Positions 9,502 to 18,530 of a stretch of DNA of 64,000 bases are shown piece after piece; position 1 is the first letter of the stretch, and each line of letters begins with the position of its first letter. The stretch spans positions 32,001 to 96,000 of the forward strand of contig CBDDUX010000003.1 in the NCBI GenBank assembly GCA_965234725.1. Reading direction: 5' to 3'. This DNA is from Thermoplasmatota archaeon. GTDB taxonomy: Archaea; Thermoplasmatota; Penumbrarchaeia; Penumbrarchaeales; Penumbrarchaeaceae. The notes below the pieces were generated by a model. That model saw nothing but the letters and a program-made list of their open reading frames with translations. It did not search any database and was not told the DNA's origin. The position numbers and the translations under genes were made by a program.

Positions 9502-10506
9502 ATGAAACCTTTCGGATATGTTCTTGTCCTGTTATCGGTCCTGCTTATGACATTGTCCTCATGCTGCATCGATACCGGTGGTGCAGGGGATGACCTCTCA
9601 ACGATAACCCTTTACGGTTTCAGCGTCAAGGGTGAGGTCTTCGAGGAAAGGATCATTCCGGCTTTCAAAGACATGTGGAAGGAAAAGACAGGCGAAACGG
9701 TCCAGTTCGAAACATCGTTTGCTGGGTCTGGTAAGATCACGAATCAGGTCCTTAACGGAGCTCCAGCCGAGGTAATGGTCCTTTCAACTGAATGGGATGC
9801 ACTTCAGCTTAAAAAAGGCGGAATGGTATCGACTGATTGGAACACATTCCCATTCAACGGAACGATTTCAACAACTCCCTGGGTTATTTTGGCAAGGGAA
9901 GGAAACCCCAAGGGCGTGGTCGATCTGCCAGATCTCGCTGATCATGGTATTGAACTCATTCATGCAGATCCTCTCACTTCCGGAGGGGCCTGCTGGTCGA
10001 TATTCTCCCTCTATGGATCTGAACTGAGGAAGATGAACGGCTCATCTGAAGAGGAGGCGAAAGGATCTGCCAGGGATCTTGTAGATGGTGTTGCAGATAA
10101 TGTCATCTCATGGCAGTCCTCTGCGAGGAAGGCACTTTCACAGTTCACAATGGGATATGGTGACTGCTTTCTTACCTATGAGAACGATGCCAAATTATCC
10201 ATTGCCACCGGGGAGGACCTCGAGATCATCTATCCCAGGTCAACGATCTTCTCCGAGCACAAGGTTGTACTGGTAGATGAAAATTCAGACGCAAAGGAAA
10301 GGGAACTCATTCTGGGATTCATTGATTTCCTTTTCACAGATGAAGTCCAGGAATACATGGTAGAATACCATTTCAGATCAGTACTTGAGGACCTGAACGA
10401 TGGACAGGTAGTAATTGAGGACCCCTTTACCGTTGAATACCTTGGAGGTTGGGAGAAAGCAAGGGAGGAACTGATCGAAGGAGTGTTCCGGGATATCAGG
10501 GGGTGA
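9502..10506 (+). CDS. sbp: Sulfate/thiosulfate ABC transporter substrate-binding lipoprotein
   Basis: Signal peptide with lipobox-like SSCC; SFAGSG, REGNPKG, DPLTSGGA motifs of Sbp/CysP. Confidence 0.88.
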   Translation: MKPFGYVLVLLSVLLMTLSSCCIDTGGAGDDLSTITLYGFSVKGEVFEERIIPAFKDMWKEKTGETVQFETSFAGSGKITNQVLNGAPAEVMVLSTEWDALQLKKGGMVSTDWNTFPFNGTISTTPWVILAREGNPKGVVDLPDLADHGIELIHADPLTSGGACWSIFSLYGSELRKMNGSSEEEAKGSARDLVDGVADNVISWQSSARKALSQFTMGYGDCFLTYENDAKLSIATGEDLEIIYPRSTIFSEHKVVLVDENSDAKERELILGFIDFLFTDEVQEYMVEYHFRSVLEDLNDGQVVIEDPFTVEYLGGWEKAREELIEGVFRDIRG

Positions 10507-10512
10507 GGAACC

Positions 10513-11322
10513 CTGACCAAGGGATTAAAGGATCCGGCTAAATATGCGGTGGTCGGACTTGGGATAATGATATTCTTGTTCCTGATAATGCTTCCACTTT
10601 CTTCACTCCTTCGATTCTCCCTGGAGGATGGGCCTTCAAGTTTCCTGGAAGCGGTAACAAATGAGGATGCCGTCCAGGCATTCAGGAATTCACTCTTCAT
10701 AGCATTTCTATGTACAATTATAAATCTCATTTCAGGGACGGTACTGGCCTTTGCTTTGACAAGGTATCGGTTCGTTGGAAGGTCCTTCCTTAAGGCATTG
10801 ATAGACCTGCCAATAGCGATACCAACTGCGGTAGTGGGTCTTTCACTAATGATGTATTATGGCCCGAAAGGACTCCTCGGCCCATTTCTACAAGATAATG
10901 GGATCGAGGTAGTCATGGCAATGCCAGGTGTAGTCCTGGCCCATGTGTTCGTCACATTCCCCTACATCGTTAGGTCCGTGTCAGTGGTCCTTGAGATGGT
11001 CGACAGAAACCTTGAGGATGCGGCCAGATGTTTAGGAGCCAACCGCGCAAGGACCTTCTTTCATGTAACCCTCCCTTGTATATCAAGTGGTCTTGTGGCC
11101 GGATCTGCAATGACGTTCACAAGGTCCCTTGGTGAGTTCGGAGCAACTCTTTTCATAGCAGGCGGGATGCTTTCAACGGGTCCTCTCCATATTTATGAAC
11201 TATCCGAGGCGAGATTCGACATCCAGGCAGCCTCGTCCGTATCAATCGTTCTGATGGTATTCCCATTCATACTGCTGCTGGTTCTTAATTTCCTTGTCCA
11301 GAAACTGGAGGTGAGGAAATGA
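10513..11322 (+). CDS. cysT: Sulfate ABC transporter permease
   Basis: IDLPIAIPTAVVG, FVTFPYIVRSV, EAA-like loop (LEDAARCLGA), RSLGEFGA; start uncertain (CTG 10513 after a strong SD, or GTG 10549). Confidence 0.88.
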   Translation: MTKGLKDPAKYAVVGLGIMIFLFLIMLPLSSLLRFSLEDGPSSFLEAVTNEDAVQAFRNSLFIAFLCTIINLISGTVLAFALTRYRFVGRSFLKALIDLPIAIPTAVVGLSLMMYYGPKGLLGPFLQDNGIEVVMAMPGVVLAHVFVTFPYIVRSVSVVLEMVDRNLEDAARCLGANRARTFFHVTLPCISSGLVAGSAMTFTRSLGEFGATLFIAGGMLSTGPLHIYELSEARFDIQAASSVSIVLMVFPFILLLVLNFLVQKLEVRK

Positions 11323-12323
11323 GCAGGGGCCTCAAGATAGAAGATCTTCAGGTTAGCTATGGAGATGATAGGATATTGAAAAGTGTCAATATTGAGGTCC
11401 ATGGAGGGGAATTGATGGCTATCCTAGGCCCATCAGGATGCGGAAAATCGACCATGTTGAAAGCCATCGCCGGTTTGATCACGCCTGCAGGTGGAAGGAT
11501 CCAGATAGACGGTAAGGTTCTTGGAGGTATGCCTCCTGAGAAAAGGTCAGTGGGATTTGTGTTTCAGGAGTACACTCTTTTTCCTAAGATGTCTGTCCGA
11601 TCGAATGTTGAGTTCGGACCGAAGATGAGAGGGGTGGGTCGAAATGAAAGGAGAAATCGGTCAGATAGACTGATAGAATTAATGGGGCTATCAGACCAGG
11701 CGGAGAAATATCCACATCAACTATCAGGCGGTCAGAAGCAGAGGGTGGCCATTGCACGGGCTCTTGCAACAGAACCTGATGTTCTTCTCATGGATGAGCC
11801 CTTTTCAGCTCTTGATGCAAAGATCAGGAAAAGGTTGAGGAGGGACTTAAAAGCCCTTATTGAAGAGTTGCGGATAACGACCGTTTTCGTAACCCATGAC
11901 CAGGAAGAAGCTTTCGAACTGGGTGACCGTATAGCCCTTATGAATTGTGGCATTATTGAACAGGTAGGAAGGCCAAGAGACCTGTACGAGGATCCGGTCT
12001 CCCTTTTCGTATCTGGTTTCGTTGGGGTCTGTAACGTTATCGACCTTGGGAACGATCCTCCGATAAAGGTCGTTGTCAGACCTGAGGATATCAGGATCTC
12101 ACCATATGATGGTAGCGTTGATCTTGGGAAGGTGAAAGGGCGACTTCTTTCATATCGTTACATGGGTCCTTTCCTGGAGTGTATAGTATCCCTTCAGAAT
12201 GGAGATGAGCTCAAGGTCTTCCTTTCAAGGGAAGAGTTCAAGCTAAAAGGTCTTAAAAGGGGTATGATGGTCAAGATGAAGGTCCTTAAGTTCCGGTCAT
12301 TTAAGGATGATGTCCTATCCTAG
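11319..12323 (+). CDS. cysA: Sulfate ABC transporter ATP-binding protein with TOBE domain
   Basis: GPSGCGKS, LSGGQKQRVA, LLMDEPFSALD, VTHDQEEA; operon context. Confidence 0.88.
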   Translation: MSRGLKIEDLQVSYGDDRILKSVNIEVHGGELMAILGPSGCGKSTMLKAIAGLITPAGGRIQIDGKVLGGMPPEKRSVGFVFQEYTLFPKMSVRSNVEFGPKMRGVGRNERRNRSDRLIELMGLSDQAEKYPHQLSGGQKQRVAIARALATEPDVLLMDEPFSALDAKIRKRLRRDLKALIEELRITTVFVTHDQEEAFELGDRIALMNCGIIEQVGRPRDLYEDPVSLFVSGFVGVCNVIDLGNDPPIKVVVRPEDIRISPYDGSVDLGKVKGRLLSYRYMGPFLECIVSLQNGDELKVFLSREEFKLKGLKRGMMVKMKVLKFRSFKDDVLS

Positions 12324-12433
12324 ACCAATTTCATTTAAGGATCAGGTGCCAGTTTTAAAAAAAAATCTGTTGTTTTTCAATGATTTAATGACAAGTTTTA
12401 AATTCAAACTTCATCGATACATTGGGGAAACCA

Positions 12434-13375
12434 ATGTCTGGAAGAGGCAACAGTGCGGTGATATCAACCACTGGACTGACAAAATCCTATGGGGACCTCA
12501 TGGCCCTGAAAGGCTTGAACCTGGATATCCAACCCGGACCAGTTGGACTGCTGGGTCCCAACGGGGCGGGAAAATCAACTTTCATCAAATGTATCCTGGG
12601 ACTTTTGGAAGCCACCTCGGGGTCCTCGACCGTTCTTGGTTTTTCCTCCGATACACTCTCTGAAAGACTTTCCGCAAGGATGAAGGTGGGATACGTTCCC
12701 GAGAACGATTGCCTCATCAATTCGATGAACGGACTCAAGTTTGTCAAGTACATGGGTGAGATCTCAGGATTGCCTCCATCGGATGCCATGCAGCGAGCCC
12801 ACGAGGTCCTTCATTATGTTGGTATAGGAGATGAGAGGTACCGGAGGATCTCCACCTATTCCACCGGGATGAAACAGAAGATTAAACTTGCTCAAGCCAT
12901 GGTACACGACCCGGACCTTGTCATTCTGGATGAGCCAACTAATGGAATGGATCCCAAGGGAAGGAAGGAGATGTTGGACCTGATAGTTGACATATCAGAT
13001 TCCCATGGCAAGAACGTGTTGTTCTCCTCACATCTTCTCCCGGATGTTGAATACATTTGTGACATGGTTGTTATAATGGACCAGGGAAGGGTCGTAGAAA
13101 AAGGAAGGATACTGGATCTCAAAGGTGAAGTAACATATTACGAGATCAGGATAAAGGGGGATGAGAAGGGATTTGGCGATATATTGAAGGGAATGGGACT
13201 TACCTACGAGAGGGCAGGGTCATTCTTTAAGGTCCCTTATAAAGAGGGTCTCCTTGACGAAATATATTCAGGTATAGATAGAACGGACATTCAGCTAAGA
13301 CATGCAACAAAATCCACCATGTCCTTGGAGGACCTATTCGTGAAGAACATAGGGAAGGAGGGTGGGAATGGATAG
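12434..13375 (+). CDS. ABC-2 type exporter ATP-binding protein
   Basis: GPNGAGKST, YSTGMKQK, LDEPT; start at ATG 12434. Confidence 0.9.
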   Translation: MSGRGNSAVISTTGLTKSYGDLMALKGLNLDIQPGPVGLLGPNGAGKSTFIKCILGLLEATSGSSTVLGFSSDTLSERLSARMKVGYVPENDCLINSMNGLKFVKYMGEISGLPPSDAMQRAHEVLHYVGIGDERYRRISTYSTGMKQKIKLAQAMVHDPDLVILDEPTNGMDPKGRKEMLDLIVDISDSHGKNVLFSSHLLPDVEYICDMVVIMDQGRVVEKGRILDLKGEVTYYEIRIKGDEKGFGDILKGMGLTYERAGSFFKVPYKEGLLDEIYSGIDRTDIQLRHATKSTMSLEDLFVKNIGKEGGNG

Positions 13376-15338
13376 TAACGATCTGACCAAGAGGAAGAGG
13401 GGGGAAGGTGGGATAAATGAAGATAAGAAGAGATCATCAGTAAATGGGACCGATAGCAAGGGGAGGAAACAAGGATCATTGAGAGGCCCCACAAAGGATT
13501 ACAGGGAGTTCGAGGGTCAATACGGTGGCAGGGCTTACAGTTTCACGAGGATAATGTTGACCAATTTCAGGGAGTTGGCCTCATCAAGGTGGTCCATTGG
13601 CGTGATGATGATCTCATTCCTTTTCGTTTTCTTCAATATATTGACCCTTGTATTTGGGGGAGGGGAGGAAGATCTCCTTGCCCGTTTCGATCAGCTTGAC
13701 CCCGAGGTCCTATTCTGGATAGAACCGATCGATGGCCAGGAAGGAAGGATATCCGTCAATTTGGGTGACACCTATACACTATCATACAAAGTAACTAACA
13801 CAGGGAAGGAAAGGGATGGTTTGAACGTTCTGATACTTCCGCCAAACTCAAACTGGGAGACAGATCACTGGATCGAAGGGGACAGGATGTTGGGGAAGGG
13901 GGATTCCGTCATTGTTCATGTGAATGTGACAATACCTGGGTCAGTTGCTGAATTCGCCGCACAGGGAGACCTGGATGTGTTCAGGAATCTCGGCTACAGC
14001 GGATGGATGGAAGGAGAGACCATATCCTACAGCAGGCCTTATTCCGATAAAGGAGATGACATTCCCATCGGAAGAGAGACACCATCTGCCAATGCCGTAT
14101 ATCAGTTCAATACGTCCAGGATCCTTGGAGTTGCCGCCATTCCTGACCTACTGATGGATGAAATTTCTGATTACGGATTGGACAATATAGACATCAGGAT
14201 AAGATCGACGGGTACGCTACTCATGCTCGATCCTTCTGATACGGATGTCTCGGAAGAGCTCGGGATAGATATCAATTCCTCTCCTTCGAATCTAAGGATA
14301 TGGATGGGCAGTGATGATGACAAGGTATATAGCAAGTCAATGACAGCACCACAGATCAAGGAGCATAAGGTCCACTTGAAGAACATTGGGCAGGAAACTC
14401 TTCAGGTCGAACTTGACTGTTTCTTAATGCCAATTACGGATCCCAGTTGGGTAGTGTTCATAATGGATCCTGAACAGAAGGAGGTCAATGATCCGGTGGT
14501 GATATTGGGACCCGGGGAGGAGAAGGAGGTGATGGTAACTCTTCAAACAGGTGAAGCCCCTTACAAAGCCCATTATTCCCTTCTAATAACAGCCACCGAT
14601 ATTACAAACGGTTCATTCCATGTAACAGATGCTTACCATATGACAGTATCCATTTCAGGTTCATCGTATGCACCACAGGAACCGGGGGAGAGATATCACG
14701 GAATGCTCTGGGGAGGGGGTTTCAACTATGAAAGGTATCTCTGGCTGATACTTCTATCTGCATTTGCAGGAGCTGGAGTTATCGCGAAGGACCTCCAGGA
14801 GAATTCCATAGCACTCTATCTTTCACGACCGATCACCTGGTATGATTATCTCCTCGCCAAATTCTCCTCACTTGTCCTTCTACTTTCTCTAATAACGATC
14901 TTCCCTGCGATCGTTCTATTCTCAACTGGAATGGCCTTCTCAACGAAGGATATCATCTATATCATTGAGCATCTCTACATTCTTGGAGGGATGATCGCCT
15001 CATATATTGTAGCTTTGATAGTATTTGCCTCCATTTGCATGGCTTTTTCTACAATGATGAGAAAATGGATATTTTCAGGGGTTGGAATATTTGTATTCTT
15101 CATTTTCTCATCCACTGTCTCGGATATTCTCCAAGGTCTGTTCAATAACAATTACCTCAAGCTCCTGAATATCAATCTGGTCATGACAAAATTGTTCATG
15201 CCCCTCTTCGGATTGAAATATCCCACATCAGAGGTAGGACTTGATTGGTACTGGCTTCTCCTTACCCTTATCGGGTTGGTTGCGGGATCATGGTTCCTGG
15301 TGATCTCGAGATTCAGAAAGAAGGAGGTGGCAAAATGA
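13368..15338 (+). CDS. ABC-2 type permease with large extracellular Ig-like insertion
   Basis: TM1, then about 350 aa of beta-rich region (YKVTNTG, HLKNIG, LGPGEEKEV), then LYLSRPITW..YLLAK and further TMs. Confidence 0.82.
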   Translation: MDSNDLTKRKRGEGGINEDKKRSSVNGTDSKGRKQGSLRGPTKDYREFEGQYGGRAYSFTRIMLTNFRELASSRWSIGVMMISFLFVFFNILTLVFGGGEEDLLARFDQLDPEVLFWIEPIDGQEGRISVNLGDTYTLSYKVTNTGKERDGLNVLILPPNSNWETDHWIEGDRMLGKGDSVIVHVNVTIPGSVAEFAAQGDLDVFRNLGYSGWMEGETISYSRPYSDKGDDIPIGRETPSANAVYQFNTSRILGVAAIPDLLMDEISDYGLDNIDIRIRSTGTLLMLDPSDTDVSEELGIDINSSPSNLRIWMGSDDDKVYSKSMTAPQIKEHKVHLKNIGQETLQVELDCFLMPITDPSWVVFIMDPEQKEVNDPVVILGPGEEKEVMVTLQTGEAPYKAHYSLLITATDITNGSFHVTDAYHMTVSISGSSYAPQEPGERYHGMLWGGGFNYERYLWLILLSAFAGAGVIAKDLQENSIALYLSRPITWYDYLLAKFSSLVLLLSLITIFPAIVLFSTGMAFSTKDIIYIIEHLYILGGMIASYIVALIVFASICMAFSTMMRKWIFSGVGIFVFFIFSSTVSDILQGLFNNNYLKLLNINLVMTKLFMPLFGLKYPTSEVGLDWYWLLLTLIGLVAGSWFLVISRFRKKEVAK

Positions 15339-16258
15339 AGCAGGCCGTGATAGAACTACATAAGGTCTCAAAGTTCTACGGCCAGGTAATGGGTATGAAC
15401 GATGTGACAGTCGATTTCAGCAGCGGTATGACCGGGCTTCTTGGTCCCAATGGTGCCGGAAAATCGACCATGATGAAGATGATAACTGGACAGATCCAAC
15501 CATCCAAAGGTAGAATAAAGGTCATGGGAGAGGATCCCTGGGACAATCCACATTTGAACCTCAACATTGGGTACTGTCCGGAACAGGACTCGTTCTTCAA
15601 GAACATGACAGGATTGCAGTTTGTCATGTTCAATACCAGACTGTCAGGTTTCTCAAGGTCCAGGGCATTCGACCTATCCCTGGATGCCATAGAGAAGGTT
15701 AACATGAAGAAGGATATGGACAGGAATATATCAGAATATTCCAAAGGTATGAGGCAAAGGATCAAGCTTGCACAATCCCTTGTACACGACCCCGATCTGC
15801 TGATCCTTGATGAACCTCTCGCTGGAACTGACCCTATTGGAAGGGTCAGAATAATCGACCTGCTTTTCGAACTCCAGAAAGAGGGAAGACATCTTGTGAT
15901 TTCATCCCACGTCCTCCACGAGGTGGAGAGACTAACAGAGAGGATCGTTCTGATAGACAGAGGGAAACTTGTGGCTGAGGGTGACATACACTCGATCAGG
16001 GATTCCCTTGACAGATATCCTCTTACTATCAGGATCCAGAGCCCGGAGCAGAGAAAACTTGCAAGGCTTCTTACCTACAATCAAGAGGTATCCTCGATTA
16101 CTTTCAGCGATAAAGGAGAACTTCTTGTTAGGACCACGGATCCAAACAGGTTCTTTGGTGAACTCCAGAACCTAATAGTCAAAGAAAAGATAACGATCGA
16201 AGGAGTGGATTCTCCCGATGACAATCTCAATGCGGTCTTCCAATATCTGGTGGAATGA
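15335..16258 (+). CDS. ABC-2 type exporter ATP-binding protein
   Basis: GPNGAGKST, YSKGMRQR, LDEPL; start at ATG 15335 after GGAGGTGG, overlapping the upstream stop. Confidence 0.9.
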   Translation: MKQAVIELHKVSKFYGQVMGMNDVTVDFSSGMTGLLGPNGAGKSTMMKMITGQIQPSKGRIKVMGEDPWDNPHLNLNIGYCPEQDSFFKNMTGLQFVMFNTRLSGFSRSRAFDLSLDAIEKVNMKKDMDRNISEYSKGMRQRIKLAQSLVHDPDLLILDEPLAGTDPIGRVRIIDLLFELQKEGRHLVISSHVLHEVERLTERIVLIDRGKLVAEGDIHSIRDSLDRYPLTIRIQSPEQRKLARLLTYNQEVSSITFSDKGELLVRTTDPNRFFGELQNLIVKEKITIEGVDSPDDNLNAVFQYLVE

Positions 16259-17053
16259 ATGAAAGGAAATGGAGAAACACCATTTGCATCCTGGACGAAC
16301 AGAGCATCGGTCCAGGTATTGAGGTCAGTGAAGGACCTTCTGTTCAGTAAATGGATGTTCCTTGCATTTCCACTTATCCTTATACCTTTCTTCATATCGC
16401 TGTATACAATATTCGATCCACCGGAAGGGGTGAAGGAGTGGCCAGAAGCTTTCATTGGCTTTGCAGTTATCTTATACATGCAGATACTGGTCCTCATGTT
16501 CTCACTTATTTACGGAACCTCGATAATGAATGAGGAAATAGATTCAAGGACAATTACCTACCTGATAATGAGGGGTTCAAAGAGGTTCGAGGTACTCCTC
16601 TACAAGTTCCTTGGTGTTTACATATCACTGACTGTCCTTTTCACCATTTCAACACTTTTAACATTCTTCACTCTATCGCTCCATACCTCGATGGATGTGA
16701 TGAAGGACCATATCATGGCCTTGGTGGCATTGATAGGGGCGCAATATTTCGGCATCTTTGCTTACCTTGCACTCTTCACACTTATGGGGGTAATGTTCAA
16801 AAGACCCCTGGTAATTGGACTGATCTTCTCATTCTTCTGGGAGGTATTCATGGTCAATATCGCATTGAACGTGCAACAGGTTACGATAATGTACTATATG
16901 CGATCCATCTTCCTGGGAACCGATGCTGTTAGACGGTATGCTGATATTGATGAGAAAGCAGGTGTCATTGGGTCCATTGTCGCTTTGACATTGATGGGGC
17001 TTGGTTTTCTATCCATTGCCTGTCTTGCATTTTCTCGAAAGGATGTAAATTGA
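16259..17053 (+). CDS. ABC-2 type permease
   Basis: About 6 TMs; EEIDSRTITYLIMR..KRFEVLLYKF motif. Confidence 0.85.
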   Translation: MKGNGETPFASWTNRASVQVLRSVKDLLFSKWMFLAFPLILIPFFISLYTIFDPPEGVKEWPEAFIGFAVILYMQILVLMFSLIYGTSIMNEEIDSRTITYLIMRGSKRFEVLLYKFLGVYISLTVLFTISTLLTFFTLSLHTSMDVMKDHIMALVALIGAQYFGIFAYLALFTLMGVMFKRPLVIGLIFSFFWEVFMVNIALNVQQVTIMYYMRSIFLGTDAVRRYADIDEKAGVIGSIVALTLMGLGFLSIACLAFSRKDVN

Positions 17054-17074
17054 TCTTGACAGGTCCGATATTTA

Positions 17075-18529
17075 TCAGGCATAGTCGCTTAAAAGGTGGT
17101 CTTTAAGGACATCCCATGTGAACTGCTCCAGCTTCTTTGGTGTATCATAGAAATATTCTCTAAGATATGGCTCGATCTCTCCCTGCCATATGCTCTTCAT
17201 TTCTAACCTCAGTGCTGGTCCGCTCTTCATGAAGAATGAGATACCTACTTCGAATTTAGGATCGTTGATCTCATGGTTCAAAGCACTGAGGGTGTTGATC
17301 AACTGCTTTGAAGGCAGTTCATTCTTCTCCAGATATTTTGCCAATACTTCGTAATTCGGAGGAATTGTGATGAATGTAAACCTTCTTCTAAGAGCATGGT
17401 CAACGAGAGCGATCGATCTGTCAGCTGTGTTCATGGTTCCGATCAGGTAAACATTGTCCGGGATCCGGAACTTCCTTCCTCCACTGCCCAATGTGACCTC
17501 CTTGTCCCTGTATTCAAGTAGGTACATCAGCTCTCCGAATACCCTTGAAAGCTTTGCCCTGTTTATCTCGTCGATCATCATAACGAACGGCTCGGTGTCA
17601 TTATCCTCTGCTTCCTGACAGAACCTTTTGAAGATCCCATCCTCCATCTCGTATCTGAGGATACGGTTCTCAACGATCGGTCTTAGGCCCTGGATGAAAT
17701 CCTCATAGGTATAGTTGGGATGAAAATATACCAGTTCAACCTTGCCGTCGGTTCCGGCAATGAGGTGGTTTGCCAGCTTCTCAGCAATAAAGGTTTTACC
17801 AGTTCCGGGAGGTCCCTGGAATATCACATTCTTCTTCCTGAATAGCTGTCTCCGCCAGAATTCAACGGTCTCCCTGGGGAATCCGGTCTCTTTGGAGAAT
17901 CTCGTTATTGAATCGTCTGAAAGGTGGATAGAGGAACCGGTCATCCTTTTATTGTATCTGTCAAATACAGTTATAACGGACCTGAGGTCCGATAGGAGAA
18001 CATCATTTTCAGGAATTTCATCTCCATCGTAATAAATATAGGATATGGTGGTTTCTTCGGTCCTGTCCTTCTCCTCATCGAATCCCAATCTCAGGTCCAG
18101 ATTGAATCCCTTTCCGATCAGTCTGTCATAATCTTTTTTGAGTTTGATGTATGGAATGGTATCTCGATCGAACACATCATCCTCTTCTCGGGTCCTTGCG
18201 TTCTGGTGAAGGTAAAGAAAGACTCCGGAAAAATCTTTCTTAAAGATGTAGGCAACATATGTCGCTCCTCTGCGAGGTCTTTCTTCCTCTCTGCCTATGA
18301 TGGATATCCAGTATGCCATGGAGGGAACTTCCATATCACCTGGTGAGAGGACATTCAAGTACTCCCTCTGGTCGATCTCTGGCATTTCTGATATGGACCT
18401 TGCCATACTCTCGAGGGCATCCATCCTGTATACACCTCGACCTTCCTCACCCTTTGAGCCATTAATTATCGAGGTGAGCCATCCATGAAGATCGTAGGTC
18501 CTGAGTTCATCTCCTTTCCCTGATCTCAT
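17075..18529 (-). CDS. mcrB: McrB family AAA+ GTPase (copy 2) with DUF3578-like N-terminal domain
   Basis: GPPGTGKT, FHPNYTYEDF, IDEINR, MNTADRS, ALRRRF; N-terminal WISI...YVAYIF..DFSGVFLYLHQ resembles the McrB DNA-binding domain DUF3578; start reassigned to ATG 18529 just after the mcrC stop. Confidence 0.9.
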   Translation of the reverse strand: MRSGKGDELRTYDLHGWLTSIINGSKGEEGRGVYRMDALESMARSISEMPEIDQREYLNVLSPGDMEVPSMAYWISIIGREEERPRRGATYVAYIFKKDFSGVFLYLHQNARTREEDDVFDRDTIPYIKLKKDYDRLIGKGFNLDLRLGFDEEKDRTEETTISYIYYDGDEIPENDVLLSDLRSVITVFDRYNKRMTGSSIHLSDDSITRFSKETGFPRETVEFWRRQLFRKKNVIFQGPPGTGKTFIAEKLANHLIAGTDGKVELVYFHPNYTYEDFIQGLRPIVENRILRYEMEDGIFKRFCQEAEDNDTEPFVMMIDEINRAKLSRVFGELMYLLEYRDKEVTLGSGGRKFRIPDNVYLIGTMNTADRSIALVDHALRRRFTFITIPPNYEVLAKYLEKNELPSKQLINTLSALNHEINDPKFEVGISFFMKSGPALRLEMKSIWQGEIEPYLREYFYDTPKKLEQFTWDVLKDHLLSDYA

Positions 18530-18530
18530 C

